Part shown: positions 10,381 through 19,831 of the stretch, in pieces | Layout: each line of letters starts with the position of its first letter | Numbering within the stretch: position 1 is the stretch's first letter | Assembly (NCBI GenBank): GCA_045807245.1 | Contig: JBJMHS010000036.1 | Location: 64,303 to 126,145, forward strand | Length of the DNA: 61,843 nt | Origin: Actinomycetales bacterium | Lineage (GTDB): Bacteria; Actinomycetota; Actinomycetes; Actinomycetales; CAVURS01 | Direction: 5' to 3' | Position numbers and translations under genes: made by a program | The notes under the pieces: model-generated | The model's input: only the letters and a program-made list of their open reading frames with translations | What the model was told of the DNA's origin: nothing | Database searches by the model: none

Positions 10381-10761
10381 TCAGTGGAAGGAGTCGCCGC
10401 ACGCGCAGCTGCCGCCGGCGTTGGGGTTGTCGATCGTGAAGCCCTGCTTCTCGATCGTGTCGGCGAAGTCGATGCTCGCGCCCGCGAGGTAGGGCGCGGA
10501 CATCCGGTCGACGACGACCTCGACACCGTCGAAGTCACGGACCAGGTCACCGTCGAGCGTGCGCTCGTCGAAGTAGAGCTGGTAGATCAGGCCCGAGCAC
10601 CCGCCCGGCTGGACGCCGATCCGCAGCCGCAGGTCGTCCCGGCCCTCCTGCTCCAGCAGGCTCTTGACCTTCGTCGCGGCGACGCTGGTCAGCTCGACGC
10701 CGTGCGTGCCGGCGGGGGCGTCAGTGGTTGTCGCGGTCGTGGTCTCGGTCTGTGCGCTCAT
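10381..10761 (-). CDS. erpA: A-type Fe-S cluster carrier (ErpA/IscA/HesB)
   Basis: GGCSG and NPNAGGSCACGDSF. Confidence 0.93.
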   Translation of the reverse strand: MSAQTETTTATTTDAPAGTHGVELTSVAATKVKSLLEQEGRDDLRLRIGVQPGGCSGLIYQLYFDERTLDGDLVRDFDGVEVVVDRMSAPYLAGASIDFADTIEKQGFTIDNPNAGGSCACGDSFH

Positions 10762-10870
10762 CGGTGGGATGTCCCATCCTCACGGGGCTCGGGGGCGGTC
10801 AGCTGCGGCAACGCCTGCTGGACGCCCAGATGTTCCTCACCAGAGTACGTCACGGTTCGGACAATGCGCG

Positions 10871-12010
10871 CTACCGGCGCGACCAGGTGCGCGCCACGCG
10901 GGCCGTGCGGCGCTGCAGCGCCTGGACCGGGTCGGCCAGGGCCGACTCCACGTCCTCCGGCCGCTCGGTGACCGGGTAGGCGCCGGACAGCCCGAGAGTC
11001 ATCGACTCACGCCGTCCCACCAGCACCTGCCCGGCCACCACGACGACCGGTACCCCGCAGTCGAGTCCGGCCGCGGCGACGCCGGCGACCACGCCTCCCG
11101 TCAGGGACTGCCAGTCGAAGGTCTCCTCCGCGGTGATCCCGAGGTCGGCTCGCTTGATCCGTTCCGCCAGCCCCGCCGCCTGCGCGACCACCTCGACCCC
11201 CGGGGCGTACGTCGCGCCCAGTAACAGCAGGGCGAACCCGATCCCGCCGCCGGCCCCCGCGCCGGGCTGCGCCGCCGGGCCGAACCCGGCCAAGGGGCGG
11301 GCCGAGACCAGCGACCGGGCCGCCAGGTGGGCGAAGTGGCCGAGCGCACTCTCGAGCGCCTGGGCCTGGTCGGGCGACGCACCCTTGGCCTCGGCGTACG
11401 TCGCGCTGGTCCCGTGGAAGCCGAGCAACGGGAGGTCACGCGCCGCGGCCAGCACCAGCTCGACCCCCGCGAGCCGGGCGCGCAGCCCCGCGAGCCCGCT
11501 CACGTCCTCCGCGCTGATCCCCGACAGGGCCAGGCCGCCGCGGTCGAGCCCGGCCTCCGGCCCGCCGCCCAAGGCCGCCAACAGGCCGGCTCCCGCGTCG
11601 TTCGTCGCCGTACCGCCCACCCCCACGACGACACGGCGCGCCCCGGCGTCGACGGCGGCCTGGATCAGCTGCCCGACGCCGTACGAGGTCGTCCGGCCGG
11701 GATCGCGCCGTTCCGGGGGCAGCAGGTGCCGGCCGCACGCCTCGGCCGCTGCGACGTACGCCGTGCCGCTGGCCAGCACCACGGCGGCCGGCACGGGATC
11801 GCCCGTCGGCCCCCGCACCGTGCACGGCAGGACCTCGCCTCCGGTGGCGGCCAGGACTGCCTCGCCGAAGCCTGGGCCGCCGTCCGACATCGGGACGACG
11901 TCGACCAGGTCGCCCGGCGCAGTCTCGGCCCAGCCCTCGGCCATCGCGGCACCCACCTGGACGGCGCCGAGCCGATCGCCGAACGCCGCCGGCGCGATCA
12001 GGACTCGCAC
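10871..12010 (-). CDS. Glycerate kinase family protein (divergent motifs)
   Basis: PMSDGGPG, TTSYGVGQLI, GVGGTATNDAGAG, PGAGAGGGIG; synteny with Rv2205c. Confidence 0.85.
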   Translation of the reverse strand: MRVLIAPAAFGDRLGAVQVGAAMAEGWAETAPGDLVDVVPMSDGGPGFGEAVLAATGGEVLPCTVRGPTGDPVPAAVVLASGTAYVAAAEACGRHLLPPERRDPGRTTSYGVGQLIQAAVDAGARRVVVGVGGTATNDAGAGLLAALGGGPEAGLDRGGLALSGISAEDVSGLAGLRARLAGVELVLAAARDLPLLGFHGTSATYAEAKGASPDQAQALESALGHFAHLAARSLVSARPLAGFGPAAQPGAGAGGGIGFALLLLGATYAPGVEVVAQAAGLAERIKRADLGITAEETFDWQSLTGGVVAGVAAAGLDCGVPVVVVAGQVLVGRRESMTLGLSGAYPVTERPEDVESALADPVQALQRRTARVARTWSRR

Positions 12011-12079
12011 GGCCGCGATCCTGTCAGCCCTCGCCCGAGAACGATTTCGCCGGGGCAAGCGTCTCGGGGTACCAATGGC

Positions 12080-12108
12080 TTTCCGTTCTACGGAAACCGG
12101 TTTCCGTA
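12080..12108. promoter_or_regulatory. Overlapping palindromic operators upstream of xdhA
   Basis: TTTCCG-N5-CGGAAA (12080-12096) overlapping the perfect 20-bp palindrome TACGGAAACCGGTTTCCGTA (12089-12108). Confidence 0.7.
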
Positions 12109-12231
12109 CTTCTCTAGCACCGGTCCGGGGCGACCGTTACTGTCGCTCGTATCCTCGGTGACCAGCGCTGAAAGGGCAGGCGCGGACACCGCACGATGGC
12201 CCGGGGCGCGGAGTCGTCGAAGGAGCGCTCG

Positions 12232-13740
12232 ATGGAGCCCGAAGTTCTGGTCAACGGCACGATGCGCCCGCTGGGCGATGTCGGCGGCCACGTCACCTTG
12301 CTGGAGTGGCTGCGGGCGGAGGGGCTGACCGGCTGCAAGGAGGGCTGCGCGGAGGGCGAGTGCGGTGCCTGCGCCGTGATGGTCGCGCGCCCGGACGGCG
12401 ACGACGGTAGCCGCTGGACCGCACTCAACGCCTGCCTCGTCCCGGCCGCGGGCTTCGACGGCCAGGAGGTCGTCACCGCCGAGGGCCTGGGCCAGCCGGG
12501 CCGCCTGCATCCGGTGCAGCAGGAGATGGCGGTCCGTGGAGGCTCCCAGTGCGGTTACTGCACACCGGGTTTCGTCTGCGCGATGGCGGCGGAGTTCTAC
12601 CGGGCCGACCGCCGGCCGGCGGTGTCCAGCGACGGGCAGTCCGGCAACGGGCAGTCCGGCAACGGCCAGGCCATGGGCACGGCCGCGGGCACGGCCGCGC
12701 CGGACCACGAGCACGGAGCGAACGGCTTCGACCTGCACGCGCTCAGCGGCAACCTGTGCCGTTGCACCGGGTACCGGCCGATCCGTGATGCCGCCTACGC
12801 CCTGACGACGCCCGACGAGACCGACCCGCTGTCCGAGCGGCGCGGCCGTCCGGCGCCTCGGCCGGCGGAGACGGCCCTGGACAGTGCGGACGGCAGCTAC
12901 GTTCGGCCACCGACCCTCGACCAGGTGCTCGACCTGCTGGCTCGGCACCCGGAGGCGCGGCTGGTGGCCGGGTCGACCGACTGGGGCGTCGAGCTGAACA
13001 TCCGGCACGCACGGGCCGAGCTCAGCATCGGGATCGACCGGCTGGCGGAGCTGCGCACGTTCGTCGCAGCCGACGACCACGTCGACCTGGGGGCCGCGCT
13101 GACCTTGAGCGAGATCGAGCGCGCACTGGGCGGCTCCATCCCGCTCCTGGACCAGGTCTTCCCGCAGTTCGCCTCCCGGCTGATCCGCAACGGCGCGACG
13201 CTCGGCGGCAACCTCGGCACCGCCTCGCCCATCGGTGACACCCCGCCTGCCCTGCTCGCCCTCGGCGCAACGCTCGTGCTGGCGTCCCGCGACGGCGAGC
13301 GGGAGGTGCCCCTGGCCGACTACTTCACCGGGTACCGCGAGACGGTCAAGCGCCCGGACGAGCTGATCAAGACGATTCGCATCCCGACCCCGGTCGCGCC
13401 CGTCGCGGCCTTCCACAAGATCGCCAAGCGGCGGTTCGACGACATCTCGAGCGTGGCCGTGGCGTTCGCCGCGCGCTTCGACGGCGGCGACGTCGCGGAC
13501 ATCAAGATCGGACTCGGCGGCGTGGCCGCGACCCCCTTGCGCGCCTATGAGGTCGAGGACCGGCTCCGCGGCCAGTCCTGGACCCGCGAGGTGGTCACCG
13601 AGGCGGCCGACCTGCTCGGGCGAGCGGGTACGCCGATGAGCGACCACCGCGCCAGCGCCGGCTACCGCAGCGCCATGTTGCGAACGTCGTTGCTGAAGTT
13701 CTTCGCCGAAAACCCCGCGCCCGCCCTGCAGGAGGCCTGA
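12232..13740 (+). CDS. xdhA: Xanthine dehydrogenase small subunit (2Fe-2S/FAD)
   Basis: KEGCAEGECGAC, SQCGYCTPG, GNLCRCTGYRPI, IRNGATLGGN, KRRFDDIS; AAGGAG RBS. Confidence 0.95.
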   Translation: MEPEVLVNGTMRPLGDVGGHVTLLEWLRAEGLTGCKEGCAEGECGACAVMVARPDGDDGSRWTALNACLVPAAGFDGQEVVTAEGLGQPGRLHPVQQEMAVRGGSQCGYCTPGFVCAMAAEFYRADRRPAVSSDGQSGNGQSGNGQAMGTAAGTAAPDHEHGANGFDLHALSGNLCRCTGYRPIRDAAYALTTPDETDPLSERRGRPAPRPAETALDSADGSYVRPPTLDQVLDLLARHPEARLVAGSTDWGVELNIRHARAELSIGIDRLAELRTFVAADDHVDLGAALTLSEIERALGGSIPLLDQVFPQFASRLIRNGATLGGNLGTASPIGDTPPALLALGATLVLASRDGEREVPLADYFTGYRETVKRPDELIKTIRIPTPVAPVAAFHKIAKRRFDDISSVAVAFAARFDGGDVADIKIGLGGVAATPLRAYEVEDRLRGQSWTREVVTEAADLLGRAGTPMSDHRASAGYRSAMLRTSLLKFFAENPAPALQEA

Positions 13741-13743
13741 GCC

Positions 13744-16137
13744 ATGAGCAAGCAGCACGGACCTCTCGCCGATCGCCCGGACAACCCAGTCGTCGGCCTG
13801 GAGGTCCCCCACGAGAGCGCGGACCTGCACGTCTCCGGCAACGCGCTCTACACGCAGGACCTGCTGGCGCGCACCAAGGATGTCCTGCATGCCTGGCCGA
13901 AGCAGGCGCCGCACGCGCGCGCCCGGGTGACCCGGCTGGATGTCACAGCGGCGTACGCCGTGGCCGGAGTGGTCAAGGTGCTGACGGCCGACGACGTCCC
14001 GGGCCTGAACGACGCCGGCGAGAAGCACGACGAGCCGCTGTTCCCCTCCGAGGTCATGTACCACGGTCATGCCGTCTGCTGGGTCCTCGGCGAGACGCTG
14101 GACGCGGCCCGGAAGGGCGCGGACGCCGTCGAGGCGGAGTACGAGCCGCTCAGCTCGCTGGTCAGCGTGCGCGACGCGATCGCCGCCGGCAGCTTCCAGG
14201 GCCATCACCGCACCGTGGAGCGGGGGCAGGTGGACGACGCGTTGGAGTCCGCGACCCACCGGTTCAGCGGAGAGCTCGAGTACGGCGGCCAGGAGCACTT
14301 CTACCTCGAGACGAACGCTGCCCTGGCCCTGGTCGACGAGAACGGCCAGGTCTTCGTGCAGTCGAGCACCCAGCACCCGTCGGAGACGCAGGACATCGTC
14401 GCCCACGTGCTCGGGGTGAGCGCGCACAACGTGACGGTGCAGTGCCTGCGCATGGGAGGCGGCTTCGGTGGCAAGGAGTTCCAGCCGCACGGGCTGGCCG
14501 CCGTGGCTGCATTGGGCGCGACACTCACCGGCCGGCCGGTGAGCCTGCGGCTGAACCGCACACAGGACATCACCATGACCGGCAAGCGGCACCCGTTCCT
14601 CGCGACGTGGGAGGTCGGCTTCGACGACGACCTGCGCATCGTGGCCCTCAAGGCGACGCTGACCAGCAACGGAGGGTGGAGCCTCGACCTGTCCGAGCCG
14701 GTGCTGGCGCGGGCGCTGTGCCACATCGACAACGCGTACTGGATCCCCAACATCCGCGTGGACGGCCAGATCGCCAAGACGAACCGGCAGTCCAACACGG
14801 CGTTCCGGGGGTTCGGCGGACCACAGGGAATGATCGTGATCGAGGACATCCTCGGTCGCTGCGCGCCCATTCTCGGCGTGGAGCCGGAGGACCTGCGGCA
14901 CCGCAACTTCTACGCACCCGGCCAGACGACGCCGTACGGGCAGCCGGTCCGGCACGCCGAGCGGCTCGAGGCCATTTGGCAGGAAGCGCTGCAGCGCAGC
15001 GACTTCCAGCGTCGCAAGGACGAGATCGCCGCGTTCAACGCCGCTCACCCGGACACCAAGCGCGCGCTTGCCGTGACGCCCGTGAAGTTCGGCATCTCGT
15101 TCAACCTGACCGCCTTCAACCAAGCCGGTGCCCTGGTGCACGTCTACAAGGACGGCTCGGTGCTCATCAACCACGGCGGCACCGAGATGGGCCAAGGACT
15201 GCACACCAAGATGGCTCAGGTCGCAGCCACGGCACTCGGCGTACCGCTCTCGTCGGTTCGGCTGGCGCCCACCCGCACGGACAAGGTGCCGAACACGTCG
15301 GCGACGGCCGCGAGCTCGGGCGCCGACCTCAACGGTGGCGCGATCAAGAACGCGTGCGACCAGATCCGGGAGCGGCTGGCCGTGGTGGCCGCAGCCCAGC
15401 TCGGGATCAACCCGGAGGACGTGCGGTTCAGCAACGGTGTCGTCACGGGAATCGGCTTCCACGACAAGCAGATCCGCTGGACCCAGCTGGTCCACGACGC
15501 CTACTTCCAGCGCGTGCAGCTGTGGGCGGCGGGCTACTACCGCACCGAGGGCCTGCACTGGAACGCCGACCGCATGGAGGGTGAGCCGTTCAAGTACTTC
15601 GCGTACGGCGCTGCCGTCGCGGAGGTCGAGGTGGACGGGTTCACCGGTGCGTACCGGCTGCGGCGCACGGACATCGTCCACGACGTGGGCGACAGCCTGT
15701 CGCCCCTCATCGACCTCGGGCAGATCGAGGGCGGCTTCGTCCAAGGTGTCGGATGGCTGACCCTCGAGGAGCTGCTCTGGGACGAGAGTGACGGTCCGAA
15801 CCGGGGGCGGCTGAACACGCAGGCGGCCAGCACCTACAAGATCCCGAGCTTCTCCGAGATGCCGGAGGAGTTCAACGTGCATCTGTTCGAGCGGGCCACC
15901 GAATCCGGCGTCGTGTACGGCTCCAAGGCAGTCGGCGAGCCGCCGCTGATGGAGGCGTTCTGCGTGCGCGAGGCGCTGCGCCAGGCGGCCGGCGCCTTCG
16001 GCCCGTCCGGCCAGGAGGTGCACCTGGCCTCGCCGGCCACGCCGGAGGCGGTGTACTGGGCCGTCGAGGCGGCGCGGTCCGCGTCCAGGCCCACCACGGC
16101 ACCGTCGTCGGACGCGCCCGCGTTCGCGGGGGTCTGA
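13744..16137 (+). CDS. xdhB: Xanthine dehydrogenase molybdopterin-binding subunit
   Basis: QEHFYLE, MGGGFGGKE, TAFRGFGGPQG, GTEMGQG, SKAVGEPP. Confidence 0.97.
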   Translation: MSKQHGPLADRPDNPVVGLEVPHESADLHVSGNALYTQDLLARTKDVLHAWPKQAPHARARVTRLDVTAAYAVAGVVKVLTADDVPGLNDAGEKHDEPLFPSEVMYHGHAVCWVLGETLDAARKGADAVEAEYEPLSSLVSVRDAIAAGSFQGHHRTVERGQVDDALESATHRFSGELEYGGQEHFYLETNAALALVDENGQVFVQSSTQHPSETQDIVAHVLGVSAHNVTVQCLRMGGGFGGKEFQPHGLAAVAALGATLTGRPVSLRLNRTQDITMTGKRHPFLATWEVGFDDDLRIVALKATLTSNGGWSLDLSEPVLARALCHIDNAYWIPNIRVDGQIAKTNRQSNTAFRGFGGPQGMIVIEDILGRCAPILGVEPEDLRHRNFYAPGQTTPYGQPVRHAERLEAIWQEALQRSDFQRRKDEIAAFNAAHPDTKRALAVTPVKFGISFNLTAFNQAGALVHVYKDGSVLINHGGTEMGQGLHTKMAQVAATALGVPLSSVRLAPTRTDKVPNTSATAASSGADLNGGAIKNACDQIRERLAVVAAAQLGINPEDVRFSNGVVTGIGFHDKQIRWTQLVHDAYFQRVQLWAAGYYRTEGLHWNADRMEGEPFKYFAYGAAVAEVEVDGFTGAYRLRRTDIVHDVGDSLSPLIDLGQIEGGFVQGVGWLTLEELLWDESDGPNRGRLNTQAASTYKIPSFSEMPEEFNVHLFERATESGVVYGSKAVGEPPLMEAFCVREALRQAAGAFGPSGQEVHLASPATPEAVYWAVEAARSASRPTTAPSSDAPAFAGV

Positions 16138-16947
16138 GTGGACTGGCTCAGCGCTGTCCGGCAGCTCCGTGACGACGGGCTGCCCGGTGTGCTCGTCACA
16201 GTGCTCGAGGTGCGCGGCCACGCGCCGCGCGACCCGGGGGCCAAGATGGTCGTCGGCACCGACCACAGCTGGGGCAGCGTCGGCGGCGGGAACCTCGAGG
16301 AGTCCGCGGTACGACGGGCGCGCCAGATGATCGAGGACGGCGATGTCGCGCCGGAGGTGCAGGAGTCCGCGCTCTCGGAGCACGCGGCCAACCCGCACGG
16401 ACAGCAGTGCTGCGGTGGTGTGGTCCGGCTGCTGCTCGAGCCGCTGCCCGCGCGGGCGGTCGTCGCCGTCTTCGGCATGGGCCACGTCGGGTACGAGCTG
16501 GCGCGGATCCTGTCCCGCCTGGAGGTGGGGCTGCACCTGGTCGACACCCGGGCTGAGCAGCTCGACCCGCTGCGCCTGGCCGGCGTGACCGACGGGGTCG
16601 CCGACGTGACCGTGCACCGGGCGGTGGCGCCCGAGGCGGTCTTGGGTCGGCTGCCGGGCGGTGCGCACGTGCTCGTGATGACGCACGACCATGCCGAGGA
16701 CCTGGCGCTGTGCGAGGCGGCGCTGCGCCATCCGCACCTCGGGTCGATCGGACTCATCGGGTCAGCCGCGAAGTGGTCCCGGTTCAAGGTCCAGCTCGCC
16801 GCGGAGGGCCACGCGACGGAGGAGATCGCGCGGATCACCTGCCCGATCGGCCTGCCCGACATCACGGGCAAGGAACCGGCCGTCATCGCCGTCGGCGTCG
16901 CGGCCGACCTGGTCCGATCCATGCAAGGCGCCGTGCAGCACACCTGA
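16138..16947 (+). CDS. xdhC: Xanthine dehydrogenase accessory protein
   Basis: RGHAPR..GAKM, GGGNLE, QCCGG, MTHDHAED, GLIGS, GKEPAVIA. Confidence 0.95.
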   Translation: MDWLSAVRQLRDDGLPGVLVTVLEVRGHAPRDPGAKMVVGTDHSWGSVGGGNLEESAVRRARQMIEDGDVAPEVQESALSEHAANPHGQQCCGGVVRLLLEPLPARAVVAVFGMGHVGYELARILSRLEVGLHLVDTRAEQLDPLRLAGVTDGVADVTVHRAVAPEAVLGRLPGGAHVLVMTHDHAEDLALCEAALRHPHLGSIGLIGSAAKWSRFKVQLAAEGHATEEIARITCPIGLPDITGKEPAVIAVGVAADLVRSMQGAVQHT

Positions 16948-16949
16948 CG

Positions 16950-18335
16950 TCAGGCGCGGCCCAGAGCTGCGATGCGTTCCAGTAGCACGGTTTCCGCGAC
17001 GCAGACCCGTTCGAACTCCCCCAGGTGCAGGCTCTCGTCGATCCCGTGCGCACGGGTGTCGGGGTCCTCGACGCCAGTGACCAGGATCGCAGCGTCGGGG
17101 AAGAACTCCGCGAACTCGGCGATGAACGGGATCGAGCCGCCGATGCCGACGTCGACGGGTGGCACGCCCCAGGCGTCCTGGAATGCTCGCCGGGCCGCGT
17201 CGTACGCCGGCCCGTCGGCGTGTGCGGCGAACCCCTCCCCCGTCTCCTTCAGGCTGACCTCGACCTTGGCGCCGAACGCCGGCTGGGACAGGAAGTGCGT
17301 ACGCAACGCCTCGAACACGTCGATCGCCTTCTGACCCGGAGCGACCCGGGCCGAGATCTTGGCCCGCACGTGCGCCAGCAACGTGTTCGACGCCTGGCCC
17401 GTCGAGGTCACGTCGATCCCCGTGCAGGTCACCGTCGGGTGGGTCCACAAGCGCGAGGTCAGCGGCCCGGACCCGATGAGCTGCACGCCCTCCAGCATCC
17501 CGGCGTCGGCGCGCAGCTGGGACTCCGGGTAGTCCAGGGCAGCGGCCTCGCTGGACTCGATGCCCTCGACGGCGACATTGCCCCCGTCGTCGTACGTCGA
17601 CGCGAGCAGCCGCACCAGGACCATCAGCGCGTCGGGCACGGCACCGCCGAACATGCCGGAGTGCACCGGATGGTCCAGGGTGCGCACGTCGACGAAGCAC
17701 TCGACCAGGCCACGCAGGCTGGTCGTGAGCGCCGGCTGGCCGATGGCCCAGTTGAGCGAGTCGGCCAGAACGAGCACGTGGCCGGCCAGGCGCTGGCGAT
17801 GGCGCTCGAGGATGGCCGAGAGCGACGGCGAGCCGTCCTCCTCCTCACCCTCGACGAAGATCGTCACCGACACCGGCGGCGCGCCGTCGTGGGCCCGGAC
17901 GGCACACAGATGAGCCATCACACCCGCCTTGTCGTCGGCGGCCCCGCGGCCGTACAGCCGCCCGTCCCGCTCCTCCGGCTCGAAGGGTGGTGACGTCCAG
18001 TGCTCCACGGCTCCGGTGGGCTGGACGTCGTGGTGCGCGTAGAGCACGACGTGCGGCGAGCCCTCCGGCCCGGGCAGGTGGCCGACCACGGCCGGTCGGC
18101 CGCCCTCGACCAGGATGTCCGTGGCGAAGCCGGCCTCCGTCAGCAGCGTGGCCACGGCCGACGCGCTCTGGTCGACCGGGGCCTGGTCCGCCTCGCCGAC
18201 CGACACACTGGGGATGCGTACGAGGTACTCCAGGTCACGACGTACGCCGGGCAGCTCGCGGACAACGGCTGCGCGCAAGGCCTCCAGGCGCTCCGGCGCC
18301 AGATCTGGGCTCGGGCCGTCCAGGGATGCGGTCAT
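16950..18335 (-). CDS. M20-family dipeptidase
   Basis: YAHHDVQP, GRGAADDK, EGEEE, GGSIPF, AHGIDE; TAGCCT -10 just upstream of the ATG. Confidence 0.92.
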   Translation of the reverse strand: MTASLDGPSPDLAPERLEALRAAVVRELPGVRRDLEYLVRIPSVSVGEADQAPVDQSASAVATLLTEAGFATDILVEGGRPAVVGHLPGPEGSPHVVLYAHHDVQPTGAVEHWTSPPFEPEERDGRLYGRGAADDKAGVMAHLCAVRAHDGAPPVSVTIFVEGEEEDGSPSLSAILERHRQRLAGHVLVLADSLNWAIGQPALTTSLRGLVECFVDVRTLDHPVHSGMFGGAVPDALMVLVRLLASTYDDGGNVAVEGIESSEAAALDYPESQLRADAGMLEGVQLIGSGPLTSRLWTHPTVTCTGIDVTSTGQASNTLLAHVRAKISARVAPGQKAIDVFEALRTHFLSQPAFGAKVEVSLKETGEGFAAHADGPAYDAARRAFQDAWGVPPVDVGIGGSIPFIAEFAEFFPDAAILVTGVEDPDTRAHGIDESLHLGEFERVCVAETVLLERIAALGRA

Positions 18336-18404
18336 GGCTTCGGAGGCTACGCGAACGCGCTCCGGGCGGCGCGACCACACCCGCGCGCCAAGTAGGCTGC
18401 CCGG

Positions 18405-18974
18405 GTGTTCGGACGTCGCAAGCCAGACGAGGCCGCCACCGACGTGACCGACCGCCCGGGCGCGAAGGGCCGTCCCACTCCCAAGCGCAGTGTCGCCGAG
18501 GCCGCCAACAAGCGGCCGCTCGTACCCGACAACCGCGACCGCAAGTCGGCCGCCCGGGCCTCCCGGGAGCAGCAGCGCGAGCAGCGCGTCCGGCAGCGCC
18601 AGGCGATGCTCACCGGCGACGAACGACATCTCCCCGCACGGGACGCCGGAGCGCAGCGTCGCTTCGTCCGCGACTACGTCGACGCCCGGTTCAACATCGG
18701 CGAGTTCATGCTGCCGCTGATCGCGCTGGTGTTCGGCCTGACCTTGGTCCGGGTGCCCTCGGTGATCCTGGCCGCGACCCTGATGGTCTACGTGCTGATC
18801 CTCGCCGCGCTGGTCGACGGGTTCCTGATGCGCCGGCGCCTGCGCCAGCTGCTGACCAAGAAGTTCGGCGAGATGCAGCGCGGCAGTGTGTTCTACGCGA
18901 TCACGCGCAGCCTGCAGATCCGGCGCTGGCGGATGCCGCGCCCGGTGGTCGCGCGGGGCGAGTTCCCGTCCTGA
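18405..18974 (+). CDS. DUF3043 membrane protein (Rv2206-like)
   Basis: KGRPTPKR, RDYVDAR, R.LQIRRWRMPRP. Confidence 0.92.
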   Translation: MFGRRKPDEAATDVTDRPGAKGRPTPKRSVAEAANKRPLVPDNRDRKSAARASREQQREQRVRQRQAMLTGDERHLPARDAGAQRRFVRDYVDARFNIGEFMLPLIALVFGLTLVRVPSVILAATLMVYVLILAALVDGFLMRRRLRQLLTKKFGEMQRGSVFYAITRSLQIRRWRMPRPVVARGEFPS

Positions 18975-18975
18975 C

Positions 18976-19797
18976 GTGACGGCCGACCAGCCCGGCTCCG
19001 CGCGCACCGCCACGTCGTTCGACATCGGCCGAGAGGCGTGGCTGGCCCGGCTCGGGAACCTGCGCAACGTCACCCGCCAGGAGCTGGTGACCCGTCAGCT
19101 GGCCCGGCACCTGCCCCCGCCGCCGGCTCGCGTGCTCGACGTCGGCGCCGGACAGGGCACCCAGGCGCTGCGCTTGGCGGCCCTCGGGTACGACGTGCTG
19201 GCCGCCGACCCCGACCCACGGATGAGAGACGCGCTCAGCGAGGGCATCAGCCTGCTGCCGCCGGCGCCCGGCTTCATCCACGTGGTCGCCGGTGGCCTCG
19301 GCGCGTTGCCGCCCGAGGCGACCGTCACGCCGTACGACGTCGTTCTCTGCCAGGGCGTGTTGATGTATCTGCCGGACGCCGAGCCGGCTCTGGCCGAGCT
19401 CGCCCGCCTGGTCGGTCCTGGTGGCCTCCTTTCCCTCGTCTTCCGCAACGCGGAAGGCATCGCTCTACGCCCGGCCCTGCGCCGTGACTGGGCCGAAGCC
19501 GTCAACCTGCTGGACTCGATGGCCGACCGAAGCCCGTTGTACCGCAACGAGATCGGCGTACTGGCCCGAGCCGACCGGCTGGAGGACATCGAGGAGACAC
19601 TGGCGGCGCAAGGGCTGGTGACGGAGGCCTGGTACGGCGTACGGATCGCGACCGACGGAGCCGATGCGGACGAGGCGCCACCCAGCGACCCGGCCGAGCT
19701 CGAGGCGATGTTGACAGCAGAGGATCGGCTGGGCAGCACCGACCCGTACCGGCGCGTGGCGACGTTGGCGCACCTGCTCAGCCGCCGACCCGGGTGA
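18976..19797 (+). CDS. Class I SAM-dependent methyltransferase
   Basis: RVLDVGAGQG, YDVVLCQGVLMY, WYGVRI, DPYR. Confidence 0.9.
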   Translation: MTADQPGSARTATSFDIGREAWLARLGNLRNVTRQELVTRQLARHLPPPPARVLDVGAGQGTQALRLAALGYDVLAADPDPRMRDALSEGISLLPPAPGFIHVVAGGLGALPPEATVTPYDVVLCQGVLMYLPDAEPALAELARLVGPGGLLSLVFRNAEGIALRPALRRDWAEAVNLLDSMADRSPLYRNEIGVLARADRLEDIEETLAAQGLVTEAWYGVRIATDGADADEAPPSDPAELEAMLTAEDRLGSTDPYRRVATLAHLLSRRPG

Positions 19798-19831
19798 ACG
19801 CGCACCCCCTGCGGCACTTAAGGTTTCAACC

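Noticed and set aside
12110..12231. Purine/xanthine riboswitch before xdhA
   Set aside because: No recognisable purine or NMT1 consensus; protein operators explain the region.
12088..16737. Very long antisense ORFs (1549 aa here; also 8293-10971, 39231-40865 and most of 48208-50847)
   Set aside because: Shadow frames opposite well-supported genes, a normal effect of high GC3; no domain motifs.
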